From Amphiscolops sp. MND2022 (Eukaryota): a stretch of 64,000 bases of DNA. Positions within the stretch are counted from its first letter, which is position 1, and every line of letters starts with the position of its first letter. The stretch lies in the NCBI GenBank assembly GCA_964187785.1, contig OZ076413.1, forward strand, positions 42,596,001 through 42,660,000, read 5' to 3'. The position numbers and the translations under genes are program-made. The notes beneath the pieces are model-generated. The model did no database searches. It was not told the origin of the DNA and saw only the letters and a program-made list of their open reading frames with translations. This document shows, piece by piece, positions 61,086-64,000 of the stretch.

Positions 61086-63071
61086 TTTCACGGTATGTAG
61101 AATTTAGTCAAAATCGCTATGTTAATACGTGTATTTGAGGGTATGCGAGAGTGAAACTTCACAGTACGCGGTATAAGCATTGAATGCAACTCACCTAAGC
61201 GTGTCAGAAAGCGAAAGGAATGAAAATTAGAACGCGCTGTGAGTGGCTGTACGCGTAGCTAATAAGAAAACGGCCGCCGCACACTTTGAATTAATCCCCC
61301 CTCTTAATAGAAATTAAAAATCAAAACCCGATTTCTCGAAGATGAAAAAAGATAGCAACAAACGGTTTTCAGCATTCGAAAGCCCATCCAAAGGAGAGTT
61401 TAAGTTGAGAATATGAGCGTTGTGCGACCCCGGGAGCATATCGGGGGGAAGCTTTGAAAATAAGTGCATATAAAATTTTGACGATTTTCCAAAATTGAGT
61501 TTCCTTTAAAAATTTCGTGTGATCGCTACAGTTGTCAGAAAATGTTCGGATATGGCTTAAATTAAAGATAAATGGATGCCCTAACTTGTGTTAATTGGAA
61601 AATAAATAATATTCAGTAGTTTTTGAGAACTGAGCCAGCAAACGTTAAAAACAGCCCTAAAATGGCCTAAAAAGCCGTTTTTCGCATGTTATCGCTTAGT
61701 ACTCAACGTGTAAGCGCACAATAGCCGCCCCCTTCACAGCGTACTTGCGAATTGAAGTGGAGGAGTGAATAGAATAATAAATAGAGTGCTGCGGCGCGCT
61801 AGCGAAGAACCCCCAAGAATTTAAAGTTGTGATTTCTTTCTGCCGATAGGGATGTCGACCTACCAAAATGCGAACCCCCCCCCCTCGCACGTTTTGGGCG
61901 ATATCGAGCTGAAACTTTCAGGGTAGACGCACAAGACCCAGGCGCACAGCGTTTAGCAGAAGCCTTTTTCCGAAAAATGCCCTGGTTTCGAGATATTGGC
62001 CTCCAAAGTTGAAAGTCCAGACATAAAAATCGGGAAAATGACTACTTTCAGAAAAAGTACTATCAAATTTTGTTGAGAAAAGATAGAGACCTCATCTAAA
62101 ATGCAAAATACTTCTAATGGTTTGGGCTAACGATGTATATAAGCCCCCAGCCTGTATCTTTCAAATTGATTGAGTACTAGCACTCCAAAGTTGAGATTTG
62201 CGTGAAAACCGATGGATGATTTTTGACTACCAAACTTTAAAGGCGTTTTTCACTATGAAGGAGTTGAAATAGAAAGAAAACCATGGAGTAAGCTTTTGTA
62301 GCCCTTGAATTGTGCTTTCAAATGGTGTACTTGGTTTTTGCCCCCGTGATCGGAACACCTTGTTTTCGCCCTTAGAAGTTGTAACACGAAAATCGACTTT
62401 TTTTTTATATGAATTGAAATCGCATTTTAGGTCATTGTAAATTGTAGAAAATTGTTTCCTTCAGCCATTTTTAGCTGAAGAGAGTTGTCAGGAACCGCGT
62501 GAGAAAAAGAGACCTGGCAAAAAGTGCAAATGTCAATCAGTAAGCCGAAGTTCTAGTCGTGCTTACAAAAGTGGGAAAAACTGAGTCAGTAACACCGCCC
62601 CTTAAATTCTATTGAAAACGAAGTAAAACCACCAGTCATGATTGACAAGGAGGTGGAACTAGGACCGACTCGTGATGAGAAAATGTACTTTTGACGAATC
62701 TTCAGTACCGAAGTAAGGAAAACTGATTTGCTCAACACTTAGTCAGAACCCGAAAAAGGAAAGATGATAAACTATGAATAATGATATGACTAAACTGCCG
62801 AAAAAGTAACTTAGGCCGAAGTGTGCGCCATTTTAGCGACACACAAAGTGAGTTGAAATCTAGAGAACGGTTTGCTGCTTTGCGTCCGATAGCATCCCGC
62901 ATCAGACGCCGGACTATCGAAATTGCAGATTTACTTCGTCTGGCCGGTTAGCCCGTGCCTTCAGCCTAACAACCTGAAGTTGCCTGATTTGTTGCTACCC
63001 CGCTTTTCGCTAGTACGGATTTCGACCCGGGAGTAGGGTGGACTGCTGGTCTATCGTATTACATGTAAAAG

Positions 63072-63273
63072 AGCCTAAGTGGGCTGATAATACACGGTTG
63101 AGCCTAAGTGGGCTGATAATACACGGTTGAGCCTAAGTGGGCTGATAATACACGGTTAAGCCTAAGTGGGCTGATAATACACGGTTAAGCCTAAGTGGGC
63201 TGATAATACACGGTTTAAGCCTAAGTGGGCTGATAATACACGGTTTAAGCCTAAGTGGGCTGATAATACACGG
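63072..63273 (+). repeat. 7 x 29-30-bp tandem array in LTR copy 2
   Basis: Same units in the same variant order as 55477-55678. Confidence 0.97.
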
Positions 63274-64000
63274 ATTGTTGTTTTCACTCCAAGACCGATA
63301 GAGATTTTGCGGCGAGTTGATTCTTCCGATATCTTCGATATCACCCCCATCCTTACGGATACAAAAAACTTAACCTTGCTGAAATTCTTGTGTACTGTTC
63401 TCTTGTGTTATATGCCTCCTAATTTGCCTCCTAATATACTCAGTAATATTCTCCGCTATTATCGATGTTATCATATTATTCATTCTATTATTCGTGGATG
63501 TGAAATTGTATTTGTGTCTATTACTCGACTTATTTATTTGATGTATAGTAATTAAAGTTCAACCTGCTTCTTTTCATCAGCGAAAAGATAATTTCAGACA
63601 GCCCAAGAGTAGCGAGACAAACCCCTGAAAGAGGGAAAAATAGCAAAGTTGTAAAGATCGTGATTTCCTTGTCACACTTACCCCCACCGCCTTCGATTAA
63701 GTTGATTCGTCTCTTCTTCGGAGTTAATAAAAATTTATGTAGATACTCAGCCAGTCCTTGTCTCGTGCATGGTACCTACGGGTTTAATTGAGTTGTAGTG
63801 GAGCTATTCTCAACAAATAGTTAAAGCTACTGGAAAACTAAAAATCTTACATTGGCGCTCCTGGGTGGGCTTTCTTTGCTTCTTTGTTATTTCCTCTTTC
63901 TTTGCTTACTTCTTTCCCATACCTTCCCTTCACCCCTTTTGAGTTGCTGAACCCTTTCAACGATGTCTGGAGACGACGACAACGATCAGCAGATCTCCCC

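Larger units (their letters stand above)
59979..63851 (+). repeat. LTR copy 2 (3873 bp)
   Basis: Preceded by a G-rich PPT; followed by a second PBS and internal sequence. Confidence 0.93.
52390..64000 (+). mobile_element. Tandem non-autonomous Gypsy-like LTR element (LTR-internal-LTR-internal...) with JmjC gene in the LTR
   Basis: TGTAGGA...TCTTACA repeats at 52390-56256 and 59979-63851; a PBS follows each; a PPT precedes 59979; gag restarts at 63963. Confidence 0.93.

Noticed and set aside
52504..61091. Ordinary tandem duplication of a host JmjC gene
   Set aside because: Both copies are intronless and lie inside repeats bounded by PPT, TG...CA and PBS flanking a gag ORF.

Overview
AT-rich metazoan genomic DNA with one 200-N scaffold gap (12436-12635). 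A plus-strand RasGRP-like RasGEF gene contributes seven phase-consistent exons (1432-43948, about 416 aa, REM and CDC25 domains) and is incomplete at its 3' end. Most of the remaining sequence is mobile DNA in its introns. (1) A BEL/Pao element (12782-20379) has a tRNA-like sequence in its LTRs, an extra SGNH-hydrolase-like ORF and three repeated structured hairpins ahead of its 1718-aa polyprotein. (2) A minus-strand Gypsy element (26063-41641) has 2.1-kb LTRs, a Gag that starts inside the LTR, and an antisense spliced gene that looks derived from a hAT transposase. (3) A decayed Gypsy element lies at about 44770-49800. (4) A tandem, non-autonomous Gypsy-like element (52390 to the window end) has ~3.87-kb LTRs, each containing an intact ~330-aa JmjC (Fe/2-oxoglutarate oxygenase) gene and a 7-copy 29-bp array; its internal region keeps gag and a -1 frameshift site but has lost protease, RT, RNase H and the integrase core. 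The JmjC-in-LTR element, a candidate anti-silencing system, is the main find. MITEs, Helentron/DINE-like repeats and a microsatellite fill the rest. All domain calls come from reading motifs by eye; no searches were run.
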